A stretch of 64,000 bases of DNA from sequence record OU343167.1; one strand, given 5' to 3'. Of this stretch, positions 39,596 through 48,949 are shown piece by piece. The notes below the pieces were generated by a model. That model saw only the letters and a program-made list of their open reading frames with translations, did no database searches and was not told the origin of the DNA. Within the stretch, counting starts at the first letter, position 1; the number at the start of each line of letters is the position of its first letter. Made by a program: the position numbers and the translations under genes.

Positions 39596-41106
39596 TTCAG
39601 GAGTTTATGTCCTGGTACAAAGAGATCATGTCGATCAATCCGACATTCGCATCTTTAGTCGGTGTTGGTTTGGGTGGCTGGGTGCTTATGATGGCGCGAA
39701 GTTTACCTAAGAAAATGTTCAACGCAATTCGGAATCAGGTTGTCACATCCCTGATAATGAACAATGGTGGACATGGCCCTAATGAAGAACAATGTATCGC
39801 CTTCATGAAGTGGTTCAAACAACAACCTATCGCCAGGTTCAGTCGGAAGCTATCGTTGAACTCTATGTGGAATGGTAGTCCCTCTCCTAGCACCGATATC
39901 GGTGCTGGTTTTGGTACCCATTTCTTCTTCTACAAAGGGCGCTTCTTCTGGTTCAATCGCTCTAAGCTGGATAGCTCTGGTACTCATATGGAAAAATTCC
40001 AGATTGAGATCCACGGCTTGACTAGGAACACTCAACTACTGTTAGATCTTGTAGAGGAATTCCGTGTTAAGGGAGATGATAAAGAAGTCTGCGTCATTCC
40101 ATGGGAAGGCTTGCGTTGGGGTGATTCTATCCCGATTACTAAACGCGCGCTGAACACAGTTATCATGAACCGCAAACAAAAAGCGGAGATCATTGGTAAG
40201 ATTGAAGAGTTCTTCTCTGGACGGGAGTGGTATGAGTCCCGTGGCATGCCGTACAAAATGTGCGCTATGCTTTCAGGTCCCCCTGGCACTGGTAAGACAT
40301 CTATCGGTAAGGCAATCGCTTCGGCTTTTAATAAGAATATTTATTGGTTGTCTTTAGCCAGTATCTCCGATGAACTGCTTCGTAAAGCTGTTACGTCTAT
40401 GCCTTCTGGTAGTGTTCTGATGATCGAGGACTTCGATACCAATAAGGCAGTCCAGAATCGTTCGCTTAAGAAACTGACAGCTGGCGAGGAAGATGAGTTG
40501 GATAGCCTTATCACTCAGATGGGGTTGACTAACTATCGAGTGATAGATAATGGCGGCGGACCCATGTGTATATGGGATATACCCGGTGAAGATTTCAGTG
40601 TTGGGTATCAGCAACACAACCCAACTGAATCGCGTCAATACCGAGATGTCATTGGAAACAGCTTTGATGCACCGGTGCCGGAAGAACCCCTTTCTAAATA
40701 CATTGCCGATGACCCAATTATGCTTCGCATATGGGAACTTCATAACCGTCGTGCTAATGGAGGTGAAGAAGATACTCGCATGGGTGGCCTAACACTCTCT
40801 GGCCTGTTGAATGCCCTTGATGGTGTTGTTCCGTTGGATGGATCGCTGATTCTTCTAACTACCAACCATCCAGAGCACCTTGATCCAGCATTGGTTCGTA
40901 AGGGCCGTGTTGATCATCAATGGGAGATCGGTTTGCTGGAGGATGCAGAAGTTCGTGATTATATCGAGCTGATGTTCCCGTCTACTCAAGTAGATAAAGG
41001 TATTGTGTTCCGTTCAATTGCCGGTTGTGATCTGCAAGCTCTGTTTGCAGAAAACCGCAATGACGTTAAAGCCTTCATCGAGTCTATCCCGAAAGATATC
41101 GTTTGA
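39592..41106 (+). CDS. BCS1-like AAA+ ATPase
   Basis: N-terminal TM; WYESRGMPYK, Walker A GPPGTGKT, Walker B LMIEDFD, LTLSGLLNALDG, TTNHPEHLDPALVRKGRVD. Confidence 0.9.
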   Translation: MIQEFMSWYKEIMSINPTFASLVGVGLGGWVLMMARSLPKKMFNAIRNQVVTSLIMNNGGHGPNEEQCIAFMKWFKQQPIARFSRKLSLNSMWNGSPSPSTDIGAGFGTHFFFYKGRFFWFNRSKLDSSGTHMEKFQIEIHGLTRNTQLLLDLVEEFRVKGDDKEVCVIPWEGLRWGDSIPITKRALNTVIMNRKQKAEIIGKIEEFFSGREWYESRGMPYKMCAMLSGPPGTGKTSIGKAIASAFNKNIYWLSLASISDELLRKAVTSMPSGSVLMIEDFDTNKAVQNRSLKKLTAGEEDELDSLITQMGLTNYRVIDNGGGPMCIWDIPGEDFSVGYQQHNPTESRQYRDVIGNSFDAPVPEEPLSKYIADDPIMLRIWELHNRRANGGEEDTRMGGLTLSGLLNALDGVVPLDGSLILLTTNHPEHLDPALVRKGRVDHQWEIGLLEDAEVRDYIELMFPSTQVDKGIVFRSIAGCDLQALFAENRNDVKAFIESIPKDIV

Positions 41107-41115
41107 CGATATATT

Positions 41116-41140
41116 GCGGTGGGGAAAACCCACCGCTTTT
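41116..41140 (+). terminator. Intrinsic terminator
   Basis: GCGGTGGG-GAAAA-CCCACCGC-TTTT. Confidence 0.8.
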
Positions 41141-41181
41141 CTCAATTAAATAGAAAATACAAATTCTAAGAGGAGTACCTG

Positions 41182-41871
41182 ATGTACACTAATGATTCCA
41201 AGACCGCAGCGTACGAGAATACTCACCGCCTGATCATGAAATACATGGCTGACTTCACCAATACCTCAACCCCACCTAAAGTTAAAAAGGGTTGGTATGC
41301 TTTGGTCACCCGCGATACTGGGGACGTATGGCTTGCGGAGTCTCCGTCATTTTCTGCTGTAATGCAACGCTTCCGTTCTGGAAGTATGGCAAACATGCCG
41401 GTTGCTATTGATGAAGCAGTAAAGGCTGGCCAAAAACTGGATCTTTGGTTCTGTACTAAACCGGAGATCAATGTGGAACAACTGCGAGAAGAGTTGGATC
41501 AAAGGGATCAACTTCTGCAACGAACTGCGCCACGTAAATCTTCCAATGGTAGGGTGTTCGTCATCCGCCATGATAAGTCGGCGGATTATTTCCTGACGAA
41601 AACCCGTAATAATAATACCACGGAATATGAAGTACTGACCAAGTTCATGTACTACATTGGTAAGATCGAACACTCTCACCATTTCCGTTCGAACAAGCTT
41701 CTTCAGAGCTTCGTTACTGAACAAGCTGAAGATATCCTGAAATGTCGGGGTTTCACTATCACCGAGGTAGCTGAGTTCAAGTCGATTGATGAAGCAATCG
41801 AGATCATGGAAAACTTCACCATCGATTCCCCTATGGGTCGATGCTTGAATCAAAGCTTCACTCGTCATTAA
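41182..41871 (+). CDS. hypothetical protein, two degenerate GIY-YIG-like repeats
   Basis: KGWYALVTRDTGDVWLAES and GRVFVIRHDKSADYFLTKT. Confidence 0.55.
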   Translation: MYTNDSKTAAYENTHRLIMKYMADFTNTSTPPKVKKGWYALVTRDTGDVWLAESPSFSAVMQRFRSGSMANMPVAIDEAVKAGQKLDLWFCTKPEINVEQLREELDQRDQLLQRTAPRKSSNGRVFVIRHDKSADYFLTKTRNNNTTEYEVLTKFMYYIGKIEHSHHFRSNKLLQSFVTEQAEDILKCRGFTITEVAEFKSIDEAIEIMENFTIDSPMGRCLNQSFTRH

Positions 41872-41948
41872 AATGTACTGAGGCTACATAATCTAGTGAG
41901 TGCTTATGTAGCCTCTAATCTCTTTTAAGAATTAATAGGAATAGCTCC

Positions 41949-42650
41949 ATGTCGACAAAGATCATCAATCTTCCCTTCGTACAACTGGTCCTGAAACGCA
42001 TCAGTGATTATACGTTGAATCATCAGTCTGGTTTGGATGATGTACCGCATCTGTGCGTAAAGGTAAAACATAACAACGGTTATGCCTGGTTTGGCGTTAA
42101 CATTCTCAACCACGAAACTCGGGCATGGTCCAGTTTCGAGGTCGATGAAATGAAAGCTCGTTTCCTCGAAGCAATCAATAAACTGTGCGATGTAATCGAG
42201 ATCGTTACAGACGTATCACGACTGATGGAATCTATCCAAGATGTTGTAACTGGTCGTAAGCGTCCCACCTTCTTTGGTGGCCATGGAAACGACATGATCC
42301 AAATGCACACGATCAATAACGTGCAGTTGGATGTATATCGCGAAGACATCAATTCAGACACCATGTCTTACGGAGGCTTTGCAGCTGAAGTTCGAATCAA
42401 TGGTCAGGACTATCCTCTGTTCCTGTATCATCGTGGCGTTATTCTCTATCACTACATCAATGAGGTAGATGCCAAACGACTGATCGTAGATTCGTTGACC
42501 AACAACTTTGGTGAACTGTTTGAGAATTATGAAGTTGATGAACAACATGTAAATGTATTCCGTGTAGTTGAACGCACGCGGAATAAAAATCGTAATGAGG
42601 CGGACAGTAGAACCATCCGTTCTCTGACCGATAGCCGACGGAGCGCATAA
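41949..42650 (+). CDS. hypothetical protein
   Basis: AGGA RBS. Confidence 0.8.
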   Translation: MSTKIINLPFVQLVLKRISDYTLNHQSGLDDVPHLCVKVKHNNGYAWFGVNILNHETRAWSSFEVDEMKARFLEAINKLCDVIEIVTDVSRLMESIQDVVTGRKRPTFFGGHGNDMIQMHTINNVQLDVYREDINSDTMSYGGFAAEVRINGQDYPLFLYHRGVILYHYINEVDAKRLIVDSLTNNFGELFENYEVDEQHVNVFRVVERTRNKNRNEADSRTIRSLTDSRRSA

Positions 42651-43072
42651 TGGCTTCTCAACTCATTGTTGTCGATCTCACTAAAGGTGGGCAAAAAGTC
42701 GACTTCAGTGAGTTGACTAGAGAGCCCACTGATAGTCTAATGTTCTATGTTGGAGAGGAACATGAGGCGGCCCATCTACATCAATTCTCCTATAACCCAG
42801 AATTCAGTAACTGGCAGAAACTAGAGTTCTGTATTTTCTGGGATCATCAACATCGTCCTACAGCGGAAGATCCTCGTGTTGAAACTGACACTGAGTTATA
42901 CATCCGTAAATTATGTAGACAATACGAAGTTGCCATCGATGGGTACATGTTAGGTGTTAAGCACTTTGGACAACGTACTATCGTTGAGTTCAAAATGAAG
43001 GAAGAGATAGCTACTCCTCTAACTTTAGATTGGACAAAGGTCGAACCTCCACCTAGGGAGGTAATCGTTTAG
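42650..43072 (+). CDS. hypothetical protein
   Basis: TAATG overlap. Confidence 0.75.
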   Translation: MASQLIVVDLTKGGQKVDFSELTREPTDSLMFYVGEEHEAAHLHQFSYNPEFSNWQKLEFCIFWDHQHRPTAEDPRVETDTELYIRKLCRQYEVAIDGYMLGVKHFGQRTIVEFKMKEEIATPLTLDWTKVEPPPREVIV

Positions 43073-43075
43073 TTA

Positions 43076-43275
43076 AAGGTTACGCACTATCATATGCGTT
43101 TCCTGATCCTTTACGATAGCTCTTTTACAATTTGGTTAAGTTGGGCTAAAATCCAACGATCGACAGGATGGGTTAGAGTCCCATCAACTTTAGGGGTCTG
43201 CTATCGGCTGATCCCTGTGACTGGTGTCATTACCAACCTTGAGCTCCCTCCCCCTTGATCGGGGGAGGGGTTTAT
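43076..43275 (+). ncRNA. candidate structured ncRNA with tRNA-like arms
   Basis: non-coding; AAGGTT(43076)/AACCTT(43235) closing helix; GTTGG/CCAAC and GATGGG-TTAGAGT-CCCATC hairpins; ends at strong terminator 43244-43275. Confidence 0.45.
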
Positions 43276-43302
43276 TTTGTCAACCCCAATAGGAACTTAC
43301 AA

Positions 43303-43770
43303 ATGTCAGTAACACTCAAATTTCCTTTTATGCCGTCTCTCGAAGCAGCGGAGTTGAGTGCTGTTATCCGTGATATCTATTTTGACCAATGTGCAGAGAA
43401 AGGGATTACTCCCAACCCAGATGCTTTCGAACATCAACCTGTCACACATGTTACGAATATGGTACATGGCGAAGGTGAAGACGTTCACTGGGCGGAAGAT
43501 AGCGACAGCGAGAATCTTCATATCTGCTTCACATGTCCGTTGACTGGTGCGCTGGCAAAGGTCGTTCAACCCCTTATCTACAATGCACCCATGAATAAGA
43601 TCTGTGTTCGTCTTTGGATTGAACACATGTTACTTACCATGCTGGAATTGTTGCTGTTCACTCAGATGCAAGAGCAAATAACAATGATGTCAGAAGCGGC
43701 AAAAGAACGGCGTGCAGTCATCACAAAATCCATTCATGTAAAGAAGGATCAACTCGATGCAATTAAATGA
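43303..43770 (+). CDS. hypothetical protein
   Basis: AGGA RBS; start moved to MSVTL. Confidence 0.75.
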   Translation: MSVTLKFPFMPSLEAAELSAVIRDIYFDQCAEKGITPNPDAFEHQPVTHVTNMVHGEGEDVHWAEDSDSENLHICFTCPLTGALAKVVQPLIYNAPMNKICVRLWIEHMLLTMLELLLFTQMQEQITMMSEAAKERRAVITKSIHVKKDQLDAIK

Positions 43771-44287
43771 CCTGCGTATTCCTGCTGAACTCATTCCTAT
43801 CGGCTTGTGCTGCATCTGGGCACGTGAACAATATGTTGATCCGAATGGCAACTATTTCTTCACCACCAAAGAGGTTATTAGCGGTATCCATCTGGATAAG
43901 ATGGTGGAAGAGTTTAATAAAGCTATGCGAGAGCATTTCTATCATAGCAACCACATCGAGATCACTCTCCACGGCATCGAAATCAAAGATAATAAAGTCC
44001 ATTACTTCCATCAAGAACCTGCTGTTGAGTTCTATGATGAAGTAAAAGCACAGTATTGCAACGTTGAGCTGGCTCGTTATGATGCTGACGTAATGGACAA
44101 AGACCTGTTCTTTGATATGGTGTCGAAAGAAATCGCTGACCTGAGTAAGATGATCATGCAGCATATCTACTTTAAGTTTGACCGAGTACAAGCGGAGACC
44201 TGGTCTCGTTACCTGCTTGCACGTGGATCTAATAAAAGAAACGGGACTGGCCTTGAGTCAGTTGACGTAGAAGTTAAACTCTCGTAA
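43757..44287 (+). CDS. hypothetical protein
   Basis: AAGGA RBS. Confidence 0.75.
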   Translation: MQLNDLRIPAELIPIGLCCIWAREQYVDPNGNYFFTTKEVISGIHLDKMVEEFNKAMREHFYHSNHIEITLHGIEIKDNKVHYFHQEPAVEFYDEVKAQYCNVELARYDADVMDKDLFFDMVSKEIADLSKMIMQHIYFKFDRVQAETWSRYLLARGSNKRNGTGLESVDVEVKLS

Positions 44288-44311
44288 AAGAATACTTGAG
44301 TTGTAATGATA

Positions 44312-44680
44312 TACGAGGACTAATGTCCCAACAGAACAGAGGTCACCCGGATCATCTCCCCTAAGGCTCCCCGTCGCCACATTAGGGTGCCGCAGTGACC
44401 TCGCCTTATTCCCACTAGCTTTCGGTGTAAGTGGGCTCTCTCCGCATAAGTTCGGAGAGACTAACAGCGATCCATGCCAAAGGATCAAGCCGAAGCAGGT
44501 ATATTGACTTGGCCGTCTTTATATCTGAAGTTACGACGACTACTACCTCCAGTAGAGAGGGGTATCTCTGAGTGGCGTTGCCTAACCAGATAGGTGCCGA
44601 CCAGTATTCGGTGCCTTAGCTGGCCAGCTTTCTGGTAAGGTAATTTAACGAATAGCCCGCTCCGTTGAGGAGCGGGTTTT
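44312..44680 (+). ncRNA. candidate large (~350-nt) structured ncRNA, family unknown
   Basis: GC-rich non-coding gap in a gene-dense region; many inverted-repeat helices; terminator GCCCGCTCC/GGAGCGGG-TTTT at 44655-44680. Confidence 0.6.
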
Positions 44681-44716
44681 ATTCCGCCTTAGACCGCAAA
44701 CAGGAGAATTTAAATA

Positions 44717-45394
44717 ATGACTATTGTCATATGGGATGGTAACGATCTTTTGGTTGATCGCATTACTACGATCACTCAGAGCGACATCACCGGAGCTGAT
44801 GGTAAACCTCGGCCATACTACGTAGAACTTGATAACTCCAAGATCTATCTTGCCTCTGACCATAAGTGGGAAGCTAAGGTTTGGGGTAGGAATATAAAAG
44901 CATTTACGATGGTTGGAGATACCGAGCATCGTCATTGCTGGCTTAATTTCCTGGAGACGGGTGACGATGTACACAGCTTAGCAGAGACAGCTAAGAATTT
45001 CCAGCACTTGCTGTCACCTAATGCGGAATACATCGTTATCGATGAAGACAATGTTCTTCATGTATTCGAAGCCACCCATGTAGAATTTAGGAGCAATTAT
45101 TATTCCACTCCTGCACGTAAACCAATTATTTTTGGTTGCGCTGAAGCAGTTGAACTATTGAATAATGTATTCACCTCGGCTGAGAACAAACTAAGCCCAC
45201 TGGAATGCATGGTTATAGCTCAAGCGCACTATCCTGTACTTGGTCGTCGATTCGATCACTGGAATGCTGAATCGAATATACTCACACGTGACAATGATCT
45301 TAGTGATCGGGCACGTCATTGGGTAGCAAGTCGGGCAGTGAAAAAGATATCGGTTAACTCTAAACCCCGTCCTGTCAATATCGTAAATAGGTAA
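44717..45394 (+). CDS. hypothetical protein, possibly Ntn-hydrolase (HslV/proteasome-beta)-like
   Basis: N-terminus MTIVIWDGNDLLVD resembles Thr1 Ntn hydrolases; IIFGCAE resembles the late GSG-type motif. Confidence 0.4.
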   Translation: MTIVIWDGNDLLVDRITTITQSDITGADGKPRPYYVELDNSKIYLASDHKWEAKVWGRNIKAFTMVGDTEHRHCWLNFLETGDDVHSLAETAKNFQHLLSPNAEYIVIDEDNVLHVFEATHVEFRSNYYSTPARKPIIFGCAEAVELLNNVFTSAENKLSPLECMVIAQAHYPVLGRRFDHWNAESNILTRDNDLSDRARHWVASRAVKKISVNSKPRPVNIVNR

Positions 45395-45399
45395 ATAAA

Positions 45400-45528
45400 A
45401 TGCGCAACCTCCCTGAAGAACGGCTTAAACGTCGTCAACGTGATATGCGTAAAGATAAGCTACAACGTGGATTGATGTGGTCGTTCATCAGTGTCGTTGT
45501 CATCATTTCTGTTATCCAACTTTTTTAA
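45400..45528 (+). CDS. small single-TM protein (below ORF-track cutoff)
   Basis: hand-translated 42 aa, basic N-terminus then WSFISVVVIISVIQLF. Confidence 0.55.
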   Translation: MRNLPEERLKRRQRDMRKDKLQRGLMWSFISVVVIISVIQLF

Positions 45529-45540
45529 AAGGAAATTAAA

Positions 45541-46074
45541 ATGTCTCAACATGAAATCGCTATTGCAAAAGAACTCTTCACTTTCAAAACCTTTGTTGAA
45601 AGGATGGTTCACGCTACAAAACTGCTCGGTATGACCTGGCGTGTACAAATGCGTGATGATAACGGTAATATCATTCACACCGAAGTAACCGGTAATAAAG
45701 GTGGTCTCGCATTCGTAAAGGATTATGAAGTTGCTATACCGATCTATGGTGAGCAGCTCCTTCTGAATGAAGGTGAAACACCATGGTTGATCGATGAAAA
45801 AGATCCTACATTCATTGAGGTCAATCGCATCCTGACGGAATATAACCGTGCTATCACCGCACCGCTGTATAAGTCGATGCGCGACATTCTCCCATTTTCC
45901 AAACTTCTTATCGATCGTTTTCCAGTCTATAACGACCATCCCCAATTCGCTACCTATCTGGCTGTGAATCCTCTGACCGAAAGAGATGGTTATCGGATCA
46001 ACAAGGACGGTAAATTTGCCTGGTGGACCGGTAAAGGTAAACATCACAATTACAATGTAGTCGAGTTGGTATAA
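45541..46074 (+). CDS. hypothetical protein
   Basis: AAGGA RBS; last + strand gene. Confidence 0.8.
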   Translation: MSQHEIAIAKELFTFKTFVERMVHATKLLGMTWRVQMRDDNGNIIHTEVTGNKGGLAFVKDYEVAIPIYGEQLLLNEGETPWLIDEKDPTFIEVNRILTEYNRAITAPLYKSMRDILPFSKLLIDRFPVYNDHPQFATYLAVNPLTERDGYRINKDGKFAWWTGKGKHHNYNVVELV

Positions 46075-46078
46075 GACG

Positions 46079-46125
46079 ACATATAGCCCTCTCCTTCGGG
46101 AGAGGGCTTATGCCTTATTTTTTTT
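46079..46125. terminator. Bidirectional terminator at convergent strand switch
   Basis: ACATATA-GCCCTCTCC-TTCG-GGAGAGGGC-TTATG plus long T-run. Confidence 0.88.
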
Positions 46126-46126
46126 T

Positions 46127-47011
46127 TTATTCCATCAGCTTCCAGCAGATATCAATATTAGACAATAGCCAGTGGTCGTACCAAAGAATAGTTGCCCCGA
46201 CTGTATTTTGCCTAACGTATTTAGATGCCTTGTTATTAGAAAGCGCAACTGCTGTATAAGCATCCTTCTTACTTATTGTATCATATTTAACTTGTAAGTT
46301 AGATGCTGTCCGTAACTGTTTATTATTGTTCATCGGAGTGAACAGATTATCAAACATCCACTGATCCATAATGAATGGTCGGTAGGTATGTCCTTGATAG
46401 ATAATATCGCGTCCTTGTTCAACTAGACCTTTAAATCGACTGTCACTTTTTATCTGCGGAGTTATATAAGTACCGTCAAGTGTTCCCTCGACAGCTGCAA
46501 ACCCAGCTGCATATACTTCATTTGGATACAACCAGTTATGTACGCTGGATGGAATGAAATATACCTCATTGTTAACCATAAACTTTCCATAAGGAGGTTT
46601 AGTAGTACCCTTGAGGTCAGCACTCCTGAGAGAGCTATATGCTGCTACGAGTTCTGTTAGTCCAGGTAAGTCTTCCATAGGGACTGTACCGAAATAGCCC
46701 AATGTAGAATCACCCCTTTGTAGCCTGTCTACACCCATGTCGGCATTATTAGACAAGGCACCAGTATTACGTTCTATACAGGTAGTATGACCGGTATCTA
46801 AGAATAAACCTTCTTCTAATACCTGCCTAATAACAATATAGTACTGAACGTTCTTTATGGCATTGAAATCAACTTCATGATAGTTACGGTAAGGCGGAGT
46901 AGCTGGAATGGTTGCAATTGGCGTTAGTGTATTAAGATCAGTGATTTCGGCTGATGCATAAACACGATATTCCTTACAAGCAACTCCAGTCCCATAAAAC
47001 GTAATCTTCAT
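46127..47011 (-). CDS. putative virion structural protein (phiKZ-like tail-fibre paralog family)
   Basis: GDSTLGYFGTV..GKFMVNNEVYFIPS motif, shared with N-terminus of 48950-50518. Confidence 0.6.
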   Translation of the reverse strand: MKITFYGTGVACKEYRVYASAEITDLNTLTPIATIPATPPYRNYHEVDFNAIKNVQYYIVIRQVLEEGLFLDTGHTTCIERNTGALSNNADMGVDRLQRGDSTLGYFGTVPMEDLPGLTELVAAYSSLRSADLKGTTKPPYGKFMVNNEVYFIPSSVHNWLYPNEVYAAGFAAVEGTLDGTYITPQIKSDSRFKGLVEQGRDIIYQGHTYRPFIMDQWMFDNLFTPMNNNKQLRTASNLQVKYDTISKKDAYTAVALSNNKASKYVRQNTVGATILWYDHWLLSNIDICWKLME

Positions 47012-47191
47012 TAAACTCGCCCTCTATATTTAAACAGTGGCCACAACACTCTATTTGTTGTATCGGTAGCAACTGTCTTTGTCATAACACCACGAGCAAG
47101 ACGAGCGTAATCGGGGTTGTTCAGTGCAGTGGGAGTTCTAACGATCTCTAATGATGAAACAAAGCCTCCATCAGTGGGGAAGGCTTTTATG

Positions 47192-47374
47192 TTATCTATT
47201 TCGGCGAGTTATACGGTAGCCAAGTGCACCTAAGTCTACTCTAAAAAACCCTTTACCTTTATTGAAACCACCACCAACACGAACCATACGATCACCCTTA
47301 TCCATCTTGATTTCAGTGAGTTTAAAAGTTCGCGTGAACGCAACGTATTTATGTACCAGTGTACTCATAATCAC
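47192..47374 (-). CDS. hypothetical protein
   Basis: GAGGTG RBS; basic 60 aa. Confidence 0.65.
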   Translation of the reverse strand: MIMSTLVHKYVAFTRTFKLTEIKMDKGDRMVRVGGGFNKGKGFFRVDLGALGYRITRRNR

Positions 47375-47375
47375 C

Positions 47376-47636
47376 TCAATGTAAAACGTTCAAACCGTCA
47401 TGCTTATGACAATCACAGGTACAGAGTTCTTGCTCAATTCCACCTATGATTACAAACGTAGCCTTAGCTACAGGTACGTCATGTTTCTTAGCATGCCATA
47501 CAGCTAACTCATCTGTACGTTCTTTCTGAACGATATCGTCTACAACGCCAAATATCTTTCTTAATACATCGATGTTAAAACTACCATCACGATTGATGTA
47601 GTTCATATAGACGGCATTACAACATGCGAAAGCCAT
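47376..47636 (-). CDS. hypothetical Cys/His-rich protein
   Basis: packed ORF; ACC..ELCTCDCHKH. Confidence 0.7.
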   Translation of the reverse strand: MAFACCNAVYMNYINRDGSFNIDVLRKIFGVVDDIVQKERTDELAVWHAKKHDVPVAKATFVIIGGIEQELCTCDCHKHDGLNVLH

Positions 47637-47935
47637 TACTGTTTACTCCCTGTATAGAACAATGGACGCAAATCAGTTTGATAATACTCGTCCTTCATGT
47701 GTGTAAAGTTCTTATCAAAGCTTTCTGTTTTATAAGAAGTTCTCAATCCGTTAGGCCATACAACGAGCATATTGCCAACTTCAAAGTCAGTGATCAGAGA
47801 CTCGAATTCATTAGGGGTAATGGTATCTCCACTCGTCTTAACAAACCGACTAGCGATAAATCCACTCCCCCAATCAGAAGACATCCAAGCACCCGCTTCC
47901 GTAATAAGTTTAGCACGAACCAGAGTCTTAGTCAT
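47636..47935 (-). CDS. hypothetical protein
   Basis: packed ORF. Confidence 0.7.
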   Translation of the reverse strand: MTKTLVRAKLITEAGAWMSSDWGSGFIASRFVKTSGDTITPNEFESLITDFEVGNMLVVWPNGLRTSYKTESFDKNFTHMKDEYYQTDLRPLFYTGSKQ

Positions 47936-48113
47936 ATTTGTTTCCCCAGTTTACTGTTTCGTTGAGAAGAGTAGCACTTGGCTTTCTATTCCGAATTTGT
48001 CTTTTAATAGATTCGTTTAGCTCTTCCATTGTTTCTCGAACTTTAGCCAATCGTTCCTTTTGTTCATTTGTAGGAACACTACTAGCTATACCCTGCAAAG
48101 CTTTTAGTGACAC
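47928..48113 (-). CDS. hypothetical protein
   Basis: packed ORF. Confidence 0.6.
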   Translation of the reverse strand: MSLKALQGIASSVPTNEQKERLAKVRETMEELNESIKRQIRNRKPSATLLNETVNWGNKYD

Positions 48114-48166
48114 GTCTTTACCCTAGATAATGTTTAACCATAGGATCTGGTCTTTCAGTATATTCA

Positions 48167-48730
48167 TCATTGTATTTGGATTGAAGTCTCATAACCGCCA
48201 GACGTCTTGTACGACCTGAATCTTTTTGGAACTGGTATATCGTAACGACGGCACCATTTTCTAACAGCGTTATCTGATACGCCGTATTTCTTCCCAATTT
48301 TAGTTAATGGTAAAATATGTAGATCGGCAATGAGCTGATCTTTATCGGGTCGCTCCACTTTACGATTACCTTTACCCGTGCATTCAAGGCTACAATAATA
48401 TTCTTGCTCTGTACTAAGTACAGAACCACAACATCTACAAAGTTTAGTGGGGTACTTAGTTGGATCTATACCCATCCTCCGCATCCATGCATGTAATTTA
48501 ACATGCATTGCATCGGGAAGGATTAGTAGATTTTCTGGGTGATTATTGGACCTGTTCTCATCCAAGTGATGTACAACTTCATCGTCATATAAAGGACGAC
48601 CCAATACTTCCTCGGCTACGACTCGATGTTCATAAACCCACCCCCACATATTCTTATTCTTCTTAGCTTCTGGGTGATCCGGCCTATAAAGCAAAATATA
48701 TCCGTTCAGTTCTCTCGAACGCTCTTCCAT
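48167..48730 (-). CDS. HNH homing-endonuclease-like protein (HNH + Zn finger + HTH)
   Basis: YEHRVVAE..VHHLDENRSNNHPENL, CRCC..YCSLEC, KIGKKYGVSDNAVRKWC. Confidence 0.9.
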   Translation of the reverse strand: MEERSRELNGYILLYRPDHPEAKKNKNMWGWVYEHRVVAEEVLGRPLYDDEVVHHLDENRSNNHPENLLILPDAMHVKLHAWMRRMGIDPTKYPTKLCRCCGSVLSTEQEYYCSLECTGKGNRKVERPDKDQLIADLHILPLTKIGKKYGVSDNAVRKWCRRYDIPVPKRFRSYKTSGGYETSIQIQ

Positions 48731-48805
48731 AATTCATTGCTCCAGGTTCAATCAATTATACAGCATATTGCAACTGGACCCAACCAGTTGCAATACATTA
48801 GAGAC

Positions 48806-48883
<78 letters not shown>

Positions 48884-48949
48884 GAAATTTGAATTGAGTA
48901 CTGGAATCTACATCACTGAATACTCTCGTATACTATTAGACACGAAGTA

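Noticed and set aside
44312-44680. tmRNA, RNase P RNA or group I intron
   Set aside because: No tRNA-like ends or tag frame; no GAGGAAAGTCC/P4 motif; only weak TCAGAGA and GACATTAGTCC look-alikes on the - strand, and the element does not interrupt a gene.
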